From Minisyncoccota bacterium (GTDB lineage Bacteria > Patescibacteriota > Minisyncoccia > Phycocordibacterales > UBA2100), in the NCBI GenBank assembly GCA_043780835.1, contig JAYWCB010000001.1, forward strand, positions 103,738-167,737: DNA of 64,000 nt. The letters are read 5' to 3'. Position numbers and translations under genes: made by a program. Shown one piece after another: positions 55,895-64,000 of the stretch. The notes under the pieces were generated by a model. The model saw only the letters and a program-made list of their open reading frames with translations. It made no database searches and had not been told where the DNA came from. How positions within the stretch are numbered: the stretch's first letter is position 1; each line of letters opens with the position of its first letter.

Positions 55895-56065
55895 TCATCG
55901 TTGTTACCGAAAACAATGACCCTTGGGTGCGAAGCGCCTAGTATCAAGTTCGTTCAATCGTTTTTATTCTAGATCTAGTAATCATTTTAGACCTGATTGT
56001 TTATCATTTCTTACGCTAGCAATTCAGTCTTGTGTTGACCGAAGGCTTATTGCATAGTTGCGTAT

Positions 56066-56299
56066 ATGAAGAAACTCTCCCTATTGCTTCTTGTCGCTTT
56101 CTTGGTGCCAACTGTCGCGCTGGGAGCATCTCTGCATCACTATAAGAATGTAGACGGTATTTCGGTTGAAAACCCAATCCAATCCCAGGTTATACCTGTC
56201 GGAGCGACCGCTCAATGTAAGGACCGGTCCTACAGCTTCAGCCTGCATCACAGGGGCGCGTGTTCACATCATGGCGGAGTCAGTAAGTGGATTCAATAA
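56066..56299 (+). CDS. DUF3761-like small secreted protein
   Basis: Signal peptide plus CKDRSYSFSLHHRGACSHHGGVSKWI, which matches the DUF3761 pattern (CxDGTYSxSxHRxGxCSHHGGV). Confidence 0.55.
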   Translation: MKKLSLLLLVAFLVPTVALGASLHHYKNVDGISVENPIQSQVIPVGATAQCKDRSYSFSLHHRGACSHHGGVSKWIQ

Positions 56300-56302
56300 A
56301 AA

Positions 56303-57739
56303 ATGCGAAATATATACATTATTGTCATAGCAATCGCATCGTTAATTGCTATCGGAATATTTGCCGGCACATCGAATCATTCCAGTTCCGAAACCGCCTC
56401 GCATCAAAGCCCACTCAATCCTGCAATGAGCGACTTTTTTGATCAGTACGACATCTATTTCACCGGCTGGAATAATTACTTACGAAATGGCCAAGATTTA
56501 GGTCTAACCGAAACGGGATCCTCTAGCTTGCAGGCATTTGAGCTTGGGATGTCTAAAAATGCTACGTCCACTGCTACAGAGGCAGAAATATCGCGTCAAA
56601 TCAAAAAAGGTCAAACGGAAGGGCGTGTTCTCACCGTGCTCCCCCATAGTGCATTCGTGATCGAAAGTCACAGTCCGAATGAAGCTAATTTGTCCTACGG
56701 ATCATTAACTCCAACCGTCTTGCAGTTTAATGGCGAAACGTTTACGCGGGACGCTGTAAATTCAAATTATTATGTGGATGGGAACCACATAGTCTACGTT
56801 GGGTGTTTAGAACAGACGTTTAATGAGAGATCAAATGGGAATCTTTGCTCGCAATATGGATTATATGTGGACCATAAATTAATTGATCAAACATTCAAGT
56901 CAGACGCAAACAAATTCTTTGATCTGACAATTTACCCTATACGCGACCACGTGGTCTACTACTCAAAAAGTGAAAGTGGCGGCGATAACCCATTTTTTGC
57001 GTACAATTTAGAAACGGGAATAAAGTCACCGTTGTCTGCAAGCGACGGTTTCGAATGTGAGCTTCTAGGCTTTGTAAATCGTCTGCCAGTCAACCTATGC
57101 GTAAATTTCGATAAATATCCGAGCAGCGATATATCCGTTGGCGGTGTACGCAAATATGAAATTTCTCGATCAAAGGACGACGTAGGCTCAGTCTCGCAAA
57201 GAATACTAGTGGCTAATGATCATGTTTATTACAGCGTGGTCAACAAACCTGCCGATTCATCTTCACCTATTAAGGCCTCACTTATTCGCGATGGTTTAAA
57301 AGTCGCTGAGGCTGAGGAAGCTTCTTCACAATACTTTTACGATGGTTATACTTATCCTACCAACGGAACGGACACGGGATGTTTGTTCGCAAATGATCAA
57401 CCCGGACCATCTTTTTGTATTGTAGGTAATGATGTAATCTCACGTAGTAATTTTGGTTTTGATCAGAATGAATACTACCTAAACGGACAAATCATTGATT
57501 TTACAAACTACTACAACGTGATTTTGACACCACAGGATCCGAAATGGGATGGAAAAAAGCCAAGCATATGGCAATTGGATTTTTTGCCCGACAGCAAAGG
57601 CAAACTTTCTAAGGTACTGTTTGAAACTTTGTCACCACACGATATTTATGTGTCAGATATACTCCCAAATAATACGATTTCGAGCCCCCAACTCTTGGTC
57701 AGCAACGTGGGAGCCATCGTAGGTGCAAGCCATAAATAA
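56303..57739 (+). CDS. Hypothetical membrane-anchored extracellular protein
   Basis: 478 aa with an N-terminal TM helix and a beta-rich N/S/Y-rich body. No motif. Confidence 0.45.
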   Translation: MRNIYIIVIAIASLIAIGIFAGTSNHSSSETASHQSPLNPAMSDFFDQYDIYFTGWNNYLRNGQDLGLTETGSSSLQAFELGMSKNATSTATEAEISRQIKKGQTEGRVLTVLPHSAFVIESHSPNEANLSYGSLTPTVLQFNGETFTRDAVNSNYYVDGNHIVYVGCLEQTFNERSNGNLCSQYGLYVDHKLIDQTFKSDANKFFDLTIYPIRDHVVYYSKSESGGDNPFFAYNLETGIKSPLSASDGFECELLGFVNRLPVNLCVNFDKYPSSDISVGGVRKYEISRSKDDVGSVSQRILVANDHVYYSVVNKPADSSSPIKASLIRDGLKVAEAEEASSQYFYDGYTYPTNGTDTGCLFANDQPGPSFCIVGNDVISRSNFGFDQNEYYLNGQIIDFTNYYNVILTPQDPKWDGKKPSIWQLDFLPDSKGKLSKVLFETLSPHDIYVSDILPNNTISSPQLLVSNVGAIVGASHK

Positions 57740-57826
57740 AAACGTGGCCACGCCTTGGGAAGTTGATCCCGGATCGCTCATCATGCTGTGGAGGTGCGCG
57801 AGACGGCAATTTGATATGTTGTTTAC

Positions 57827-58498
57827 ATGTGCGGACGCTTCACTATCGCAAATACGGCAAGAGTGATTGAGCGACGCTTCGGCGCGAAATTCATAAGCCC
57901 TGCCTGGGTGCCGACATTTAATGCCGCACCCTCGCAATTTTTACCAATAATTACAGGAATAGACGCGTCGCACATCACGCTCGCAAAGTGGGGCTTTGTC
58001 CCCGAATGGGATTTAAAGCACAAATTAAAGCCCCAGATAAACGCGAGAATTGAAACGACGGCAGAAAAACCATCATTCAGGGACGCATACCGATCACGCC
58101 ATTGCATTGTTATAGCTGACGGGTATTACGAATGGCGGAGAGTCGGTTCGCGAAAAATCCCGTACCGATTTACTAGAAAAGACGGCGACATGATGTCATT
58201 TGCCGGAATATGGTCACGATCGAGCGATGAATCGCCAACAACCTTCGCCGTATTGACGACGGATTCCGTCGGGGAGGCCAAGAAATACCATCATCGCATG
58301 CCCGTTATCTTGAGGCCTGGGAAGGAGCGAATTTGGCTGCCAACGGGCCCAGGATTGCTTATACCGCCTCAAAATGAAGAAGATGCGATCATGGCGCAGC
58401 GTGTTTCGGAGGCTGTAAACGACGTTGGATTCAACGCTCCGGAGGCAATTAAGCCTGTTGCGGACGATTCACTGTTATTTATCCAAAAACTAGCGTGA
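57827..58498 (+). CDS. SOS response-associated peptidase (SRAP/YedK family; abasic-site DNA-protein crosslink protein)
   Basis: MCGRF N-terminus (catalytic Cys2), ...AKWGFVPEW..., INARIET..., ADGYYEWRR and FAGIW are SRAP hallmarks. Confidence 0.8.
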   Translation: MCGRFTIANTARVIERRFGAKFISPAWVPTFNAAPSQFLPIITGIDASHITLAKWGFVPEWDLKHKLKPQINARIETTAEKPSFRDAYRSRHCIVIADGYYEWRRVGSRKIPYRFTRKDGDMMSFAGIWSRSSDESPTTFAVLTTDSVGEAKKYHHRMPVILRPGKERIWLPTGPGLLIPPQNEEDAIMAQRVSEAVNDVGFNAPEAIKPVADDSLLFIQKLA

Positions 58499-58626
58499 CC
58501 TATATTTGACGGCGGTTCTTGATCGGATATCTAAGTGTCGGTAATAGAGCCGTGGGGTCTAAATTTTCCCTTCCGGGGGCCTAGGAGAGCGCGGCAGATC
58601 AGTGGAACTTCCATCTAACATCGCAA

Positions 58627-60003
58627 TTAGTCGTCGACATCTCGCTTCTTAATGACTCCACTTTGGATCAGTATTTGGAATAATAGTCCGTCATTAAAGA
58701 GTCGCAAAAAAGTACGCTTCGCAGATTCAAGCAAGACGTCATCGGAAGCCTGTGCCATCAAGTCATTTACTTCTCGTAGCGCCGGAAGCGCTGAGGGATC
58801 ATCCTTGTATTTCAATAGAAAACCCCGCACCTGACTTTTAGGTAAGAGGCTAATTACCATCCTGCTAGGCAGATAATCTTCGGGAAATTCAGGTAAAGGA
58901 GGCGTCGATATAAATTTAACTTTATACGAGGTGTACCCATACTCACTTGTTTTCGTCTCCACTATTTCGGCGAGATCATTCCCAGCAAGTACGATATCGC
59001 CTTTTTCAAACAATCGCCTAAAGTTGTGCGTTATAAGAGCGGGTCCCCATGACTGGCCGTCCTTTTGTACTTTACTAATATCATCAGGATCATCGAAGTT
59101 TAGAAGCTCATTAATCCGACTGATCGAGTGCAGACTTAGAAGCGATATCATCGCAATATTGTCGCGTATACTTTTGTGAGAGTAGTGTTTCTCGTTCCTA
59201 GCACCTGCCTCGGGATGAACAGATCCGCTGAGATCCGAAAAAAAATTGAAATACGAGCCACCCATGACGATCCTTTCCTCATCTCTAGCAAGAGATAGGG
59301 CTCGTTTATAACTGCTGCGCGCCGTGCTGAATACAGAAGAAGATTTTGTCGTCTCCCATTCGGCTTTAAGAAACCACGGTCGTGCATTGACCTTGGACAG
59401 GTCAGCGCGAATCCGTCCGCGAAACAATTTGATGGAACTGTCGGTATTATGACTGGTGAATCCGTAAAATTCCTTTGAATCAGATTGTCTGCCTAAAAAC
59501 CGATCTAAATTCTCAGCGCTCAAATACATACGATACGCCTCGTCGACGTTGGTATTCGAGAAATTGATCAGATTTATTAGAATTTCGATCAGCTTTCTCG
59601 CTAAAGTATTTTGACGATCGATCATAGCTTCTACTACCGCTCGACCCAGCGTATCAAGATCAATACTTTTTAGATCTTCAACCAACAAATCTTGCTCAAC
59701 CATGATTGATGCGCCGGCTTTCAGGATCTGCCGAGCATAGCCATATAAAAAAAGTCTTTTGGCTTCAGCAGGCGAAATATTGGCGAATCGCGCCCGCGTA
59801 TAAAAAGTGTCGTTGGGAAAGATTCTATTCAGGAGACGATTCGACTGTCTCGTCACGGAAGAAACGAAAAAAGTAGTTTCTGGATCTATTCTTAAATGTC
59901 GGCGGCGGAAGCTACCTAGCTTGGATTCGATTTTTATCAAAAACCTCGCAAAACCAATTTTCCATTTTGGAACTGACTCCTCGTCCCTTGGATGCGCAGA
60001 CAT
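58627..60003 (-). CDS. Hypothetical protein (458 aa) of unknown function, island cargo
   Basis: Long soluble ORF with no TM segment and no recognisable catalytic motif. Convergent with the SRAP gene. Confidence 0.45.
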   Translation of the reverse strand: MSAHPRDEESVPKWKIGFARFLIKIESKLGSFRRRHLRIDPETTFFVSSVTRQSNRLLNRIFPNDTFYTRARFANISPAEAKRLFLYGYARQILKAGASIMVEQDLLVEDLKSIDLDTLGRAVVEAMIDRQNTLARKLIEILINLINFSNTNVDEAYRMYLSAENLDRFLGRQSDSKEFYGFTSHNTDSSIKLFRGRIRADLSKVNARPWFLKAEWETTKSSSVFSTARSSYKRALSLARDEERIVMGGSYFNFFSDLSGSVHPEAGARNEKHYSHKSIRDNIAMISLLSLHSISRINELLNFDDPDDISKVQKDGQSWGPALITHNFRRLFEKGDIVLAGNDLAEIVETKTSEYGYTSYKVKFISTPPLPEFPEDYLPSRMVISLLPKSQVRGFLLKYKDDPSALPALREVNDLMAQASDDVLLESAKRTFLRLFNDGLLFQILIQSGVIKKRDVDD

Positions 60004-60079
60004 ATGGCCACATTATCATCGCTCATATAAAGGCGATATTCCATAGACGTGGGGGCCAAATTTTTCCCCCCGGGGGTCG

Positions 60080-61792
60080 CTAGACTACAACGGGGACGTA
60101 AAAATCCCGTCCGCCGGCAATTACCCAGGTTCTAACAGCCTCAACGGTTCGGAGCAATGTAGGACCAAGGGACTCGAAAGAGTCCTTTTGTCGTTTAGAC
60201 ATTGGCTTTTTGGAGGTTCGAGCGGACACTTCTTCAGAATCCAAAGAATGCTTATTCTCCATTATGGTTAAGAAGAAAGGATGTAGGTCTACATTGATTT
60301 TTTGGTCTTTTAGCACGAGGTTCGAGCCGAGGCACGCGAGAATGGAACGCTTGGTCACTTTATCTCCGTTCTCGAACCAAACACGCGCATAACAGGCAAA
60401 ATTGAACGTCTTTTCACTCAATTCAAGCCATTGCTCCTTCTCTCGACCCTTATCCGCTAAATCACTCTCAAGCGAATTTTTGCGATTGAGGAGCGTACCC
60501 TTCATAGATTGATATTCATTATTTGAAATAAGACTGCTGTCTGCGTTTTGGAGCGACGTATATCTCAACAAGAGACCGTCAAGCTGCTTGTTAATCACTT
60601 CTAGCTCCGCGTGTTTTTTTCGCAAATCTTTTTCCTGATTTTCGGCTTCAGTTGTTCGAATTTCAGAAAGATGTTTAAGAGCCCACGCTTTAAACTTTTC
60701 CGAAATGGTTACGCTTTCAAGAAGCTCTAGGACCTGACGGTTCAATTCCTTAAGTTCAATTGATTTTTCCGTACAGTTAGGATTTTTCTTATGTGTGCAG
60801 TGGTAATAGACATAATGATGTACATTTCCGTTTTTTTGCTGCTTAACTTTCGGTTCGGCAGTAATACTGCTACCGCAGCTCGCACAACGCATCAGACTGC
60901 CCGTAAAGGCCATTTCGTGATGTGTCTTTGGTCGCGGCGCACCCTTCCGACCTAGACGTTCCTGCACTAGGTTATATTCCCACTCACATATCATCGGCTC
61001 ATGTTGACCTTTCTGCCACACAAGTTCTCCCGTGTCTTTATCCTTATATTGAAACCACCCGTAATAAAAAGAATTTTTGAATATGTTTTTATAAACGTAG
61101 CTGCGCGTTAAATGCTTTCCACCAATATTTCTATGCGGAACTGTTGTGAGGCCCCATTCCTTTGACTGTTTCCAGACTTCGGCGGCAGTGTATTGCCCCG
61201 CAAGCATCAAGTCCCACATTCTACGGACCAGATAAAAGCGCTCTGGGTCTTTCTCAATGGTCTTATATCCCTTTGGTTTATCGGGAGTATTGCGATAGCC
61301 AATGGGCGCCCCTGACGGTCTCCAACCCAACTTTGCTTTGCTATTCAGACCTCGCTTTACATCAATACCCTTGTTGTCGTTTTCCAACTTTGCCTGCATA
61401 CACAGGAAGCTCAACCAAAACTTATTATCTGGTGTATTTCGATAAGTTTGTTGCGGAGTCCTGACCTCAACAACCGTATTAAGGTCGAGAAGGTAAATTA
61501 GAGTTCCTGTATCAACCGCATTTCTTGAAAGTCTATTGGGATGCCAAACAAGAATTCCGCTCGCTTCGCCCATATTAATCCGCTCCACCATTGTTTTGAA
61601 GTCAGGTCTGCTATTGGGGACTTTTGCCGAGTGCGATTCCTCAAACCAATCCACAATCTTTAAATCATCCTTATCCGCAATTATTTTCAGTTCCTCACGC
61701 TGCGAAGAAATCGAGAGCATTTGTCGGTCTTCTTGCTCACTCGACTTTCTCAAATACGCAAAGTATTTAATGGGACTCTTTTCCAAGGACAT
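60080..61792 (-). CDS. Large serine recombinase (paralog of 50635-52344)
   Basis: KYFAYLRKSSEQEDRQMLSISSQ ... HPNRLSRN, a zinc ribbon (CASCGSS...HYVYYHCTHKKNPNC) and a coiled coil. Shares the C-terminal KRQKDSFES motif with the first recombinase. Confidence 0.85.
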   Translation of the reverse strand: MSLEKSPIKYFAYLRKSSEQEDRQMLSISSQREELKIIADKDDLKIVDWFEESHSAKVPNSRPDFKTMVERINMGEASGILVWHPNRLSRNAVDTGTLIYLLDLNTVVEVRTPQQTYRNTPDNKFWLSFLCMQAKLENDNKGIDVKRGLNSKAKLGWRPSGAPIGYRNTPDKPKGYKTIEKDPERFYLVRRMWDLMLAGQYTAAEVWKQSKEWGLTTVPHRNIGGKHLTRSYVYKNIFKNSFYYGWFQYKDKDTGELVWQKGQHEPMICEWEYNLVQERLGRKGAPRPKTHHEMAFTGSLMRCASCGSSITAEPKVKQQKNGNVHHYVYYHCTHKKNPNCTEKSIELKELNRQVLELLESVTISEKFKAWALKHLSEIRTTEAENQEKDLRKKHAELEVINKQLDGLLLRYTSLQNADSSLISNNEYQSMKGTLLNRKNSLESDLADKGREKEQWLELSEKTFNFACYARVWFENGDKVTKRSILACLGSNLVLKDQKINVDLHPFFLTIMENKHSLDSEEVSARTSKKPMSKRQKDSFESLGPTLLRTVEAVRTWVIAGGRDFYVPVVV

Positions 61793-61795
61793 AAA

Positions 61796-62347
61796 TTACT
61801 TATAAATCTCAAGAGAACCGTTGAATGATGTGATTTCGGCAACTTTTTCGTTCGTAAGTGAATCTCTAACTTCAAAGTGTTTGTAGCCAGTGACCTCTTT
61901 CTTAAGAAGACCTATTTTTGCCAGAAAGTCTTTTTTGAAGGTCACGGTTTGGGTATACCAAGCCCTGTCCGCATACACGACGACAGCGCTCGCGGAAAAT
62001 TCGTAATCGCTAATCAGTCCTGCTTTCTTTGATAACGACATAAGGCTATCCAATTCTGCCTGTGCGTCAGCTTTGGGTCTTTCAGAAGCTGTTGGTTGCG
62101 GGGCGGCAGTAGTTTCTACAACAGGCGTAGTTGCGGCTGGCTGTGACGTCAATGATTCATCTTCAACAAGCGAGGTTACTAATACAACTCCAAAAAGGAT
62201 AGCGATTGAATAAAGAAAACCTTTACGATTCCAAAACGGGGTTTTAGTAGGGGTCGCATCCATACAATTATAAATTAGTCGCACGTATAAAGTCGGCAAT
62301 ACAAAAAGCGGCAGCCGTAGCCTGCGACCCACAGTATCGAACTGCAC
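61796..62347 (-). CDS. Hypothetical secreted/membrane-anchored protein
   Basis: 183 aa with an N-terminal TM helix and a T/P/A-rich linker. Confidence 0.35.
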   Translation of the reverse strand: MQFDTVGRRLRLPLFVLPTLYVRLIYNCMDATPTKTPFWNRKGFLYSIAILFGVVLVTSLVEDESLTSQPAATTPVVETTAAPQPTASERPKADAQAELDSLMSLSKKAGLISDYEFSASAVVVYADRAWYTQTVTFKKDFLAKIGLLKKEVTGYKHFEVRDSLTNEKVAEITSFNGSLEIYK

Positions 62348-62661
62348 GAGGCAGCCAATTGTGGAGGACAGCTGCCGCTTACTGGCCGCAATTGGGCTGT
62401 AAGAAGCAAAACTGCCTCGGTGCAGATATTCAATGCCGTGGGTCGCAATGTAAGTATGACTGTTTTATACATAGATTTCAACGCAACTGCTTATCCCAAA
62501 CCAAATCCATAAATTCGATTGCATCTCGAATATCGGGTCGAGAGCTCTGTGTGTAGCGCCTCAAAAGGTCGTCTACATACGTCGCTTGATACTCAATCGG
62601 GCAATCATCAATACACACGTAATGCGGAAAGCGCCGACGTATCTGCCTATCGCTTGGTCGC

Positions 62662-63093
62662 TTATTGTTCGCCATACATTAAGTTGCGCCCACCTGTTTG
62701 GAGGTCATACAGAGACCACAGAAGCGATTTTATGGTCTCGATTTTCTTGCTCTCAATTTCAACCGCGTACCATAGAGCCCGTGACTTGGATGCTTCCGTC
62801 TTAAAAGTAAGTGACTGCGCATAGAAGGTGCGCTTTGCCTCATCCATAAAGGCTATGTAATCTGCTAGTCGCTCCTGAAGCCAAACCCTTGCCTCTGCGG
62901 AGTTACCGAGCACCTTCAATCGCTCTTTTCGGTTCTCGTGTATATCGCGACTTATGGTCCGAATATCCACCTTCAGATGTACTGCAATTTCTGTGACAGA
63001 TAAGCCCTGAATATGTAATCGCTCCACAGCGACACGACGAATTTGAATCTCTATTTGTTTGGGGTTTAGCTTTTCCTTGTTCATAAAAATCAT
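62662..63093 (-). CDS. Putative HTH DNA-binding protein (regulator or terminase-small-subunit-like)
   Basis: LSVTEIAVHLKVDIRTISRDI is a helix-turn-helix. 143 aa in a phage-like context. Confidence 0.4.
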   Translation of the reverse strand: MIFMNKEKLNPKQIEIQIRRVAVERLHIQGLSVTEIAVHLKVDIRTISRDIHENRKERLKVLGNSAEARVWLQERLADYIAFMDEAKRTFYAQSLTFKTEASKSRALWYAVEIESKKIETIKSLLWSLYDLQTGGRNLMYGEQ

Positions 63094-63267
63094 CTAACTG
63101 TGACATCTAGGACATTTGCATCATTTAGGTCACTTCGCTTGATTGGTCTATATACGACGTCGAAAAGCATAAGAAGTGAAGTCGCGTTTTCTACTGCATC
63201 TTGTTCGGATTTCTCCGTGCCAATTTCTTCAGCCCAAATTTCCATAAACTCTTTAACTGCCCGTGGA

Positions 63268-63507
63268 CTAATCATTGTGAATAAACCCTTTCAGGTTCTT
63301 AATGGCCGAAATAAACGCTTGGGGTTCGACCGACGCCTTACCAAAAGAAAAATCCCGCAGCAGGTTTTCTCTGTTTTCGAATGCATCGAAAGCAAAGAAA
63401 ACACGCTGCGGGTCCTTACGGTTCACATATGCAATTTTGTGGCCATGCGCTAGAAGAAAAGCTGCAATGTAGAAATCTCTCGTTACGAATTCTGTCTCAT
63501 CCTCCAT
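63268..63507 (-). CDS. DUF5659-like small phage-associated protein
   Basis: FVTRDFYIAAFLLAHGHKIAYVNRKDPQRVFFAFD matches the DUF5659 pattern (F.T.DLYLAA.L...G........FVF). Confidence 0.45.
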   Translation of the reverse strand: MEDETEFVTRDFYIAAFLLAHGHKIAYVNRKDPQRVFFAFDAFENRENLLRDFSFGKASVEPQAFISAIKNLKGFIHND

Positions 63508-63559
63508 ACAAGGATGCTATTCCTTCCGAGTGAGAAATAGGGCAAAAACGTGTTTGTAT

Positions 63560-63958
63560 CTAATTGGTTGGAAATACACCACCTTTCCGCTTCGGGGACA
63601 GAATCATCCTGTACACGTCATCGACATCCACCCGCAACTCCCGTATACGTCGCCATGTTACAGGGTTCACGAAATGCACCATTCCATTCGTCATTTCTAT
63701 AAAGAAGATTTGGGCTAGCGCACCTCTAAATCCCAAGTCTCGCAGTACATCATCCATTCCCTTTTTCATCTTGAATTTCCAGACATCCTCCACTTCCTGT
63801 CGCGTCACCTTTCGATTTGCATTCCCATGTATGTATTGAAAAAAGCCACTGACGTCGCTCCCGAAATGGGGTCGGCTGATAATGTGGCCGTTGACAGCAA
63901 TGTATTTACTTTTTGAGGCATCGTAGTTCACTCTGAACGCAGTTTCATCATCTGGCAT
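63560..63958 (-). CDS. Hypothetical protein
   Basis: 132-aa ORF at the window edge. No motif. Confidence 0.3.
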   Translation of the reverse strand: MPDDETAFRVNYDASKSKYIAVNGHIISRPHFGSDVSGFFQYIHGNANRKVTRQEVEDVWKFKMKKGMDDVLRDLGFRGALAQIFFIEMTNGMVHFVNPVTWRRIRELRVDVDDVYRMILSPKRKGGVFPTN

Positions 63959-64000
63959 ATTTCATATTCATTTGGCCGAATTATAGCCATTTTCTGCCTA

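Noticed and set aside
60166-60195. 29-bp sequence identical to 50661-50690, considered as a non-coding att core
   Set aside because: Both copies lie inside the recombinase coding regions and encode the same KRQKDSFES peptide, so protein-level conservation explains the identity. Only the adjacent degenerate tRNA-like stretch is flagged as possibly att-related.

Overview
This 64-kb window looks like chromosome from a small-genome bacterium; the compact gene set, a short ProS without an editing insertion, tRNA genes without encoded CCA and an intron-containing tRNA point to a CPR/Patescibacteria-like lineage, but this is only an inference. Positions 1-49,900 are mostly core chromosome, all called from ORF translations and motifs read by eye. 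They contain mraZ, a DUF1211/TMEM175-like channel, a PEP-utilizing enzyme, greA, an mrdA-mreD-mreC-mreB cell-shape cluster with a second mreB paralog further on, a reduced frr-rseP-proS block, holB, def-fmt, hpf, and a cls/PAP2/DAGK/metallophosphoesterase lipid cluster. Further calls are an ECF sigma/anti-sigma pair, a Ctp protease, three histidine kinases, and many secreted or membrane hypotheticals, including DUF4331, TPR, HupE/UreJ, YpfJ, PEBP, a LysM-vWA protein and a retropepsin-like protease. Five tRNAs were found by hand-folding: Ala-GGC, Arg-CCG, Val-CAC, Pro-GGG, and a tRNA-Asn(GUU) split by a 249-nt group I intron. The most notable region is 49,900-64,000. A free-standing HNH nuclease gene sits just upstream of the tRNA-Asn, whose intron shows recognisable P, Q, R and S core elements. 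Immediately downstream is an AT-richer block with two paralogous large serine recombinases. The first recombinase's last codons and stop lie inside the tRNA acceptor stem, and the second ends in a degenerate copy of the tRNA 3' end, as expected for tandem integrative elements at this tRNA. Cargo includes a RepA/DnaB-like AAA ATPase, an SOS-response-associated peptidase, a 458-aa unknown, secreted Cys-rich/DUF3761 proteins, and phage-like small HTH and DUF5659-like proteins. No CRISPR array was seen. All calls rest on manual inspection of the sequence and ORF translations; no searches were run.
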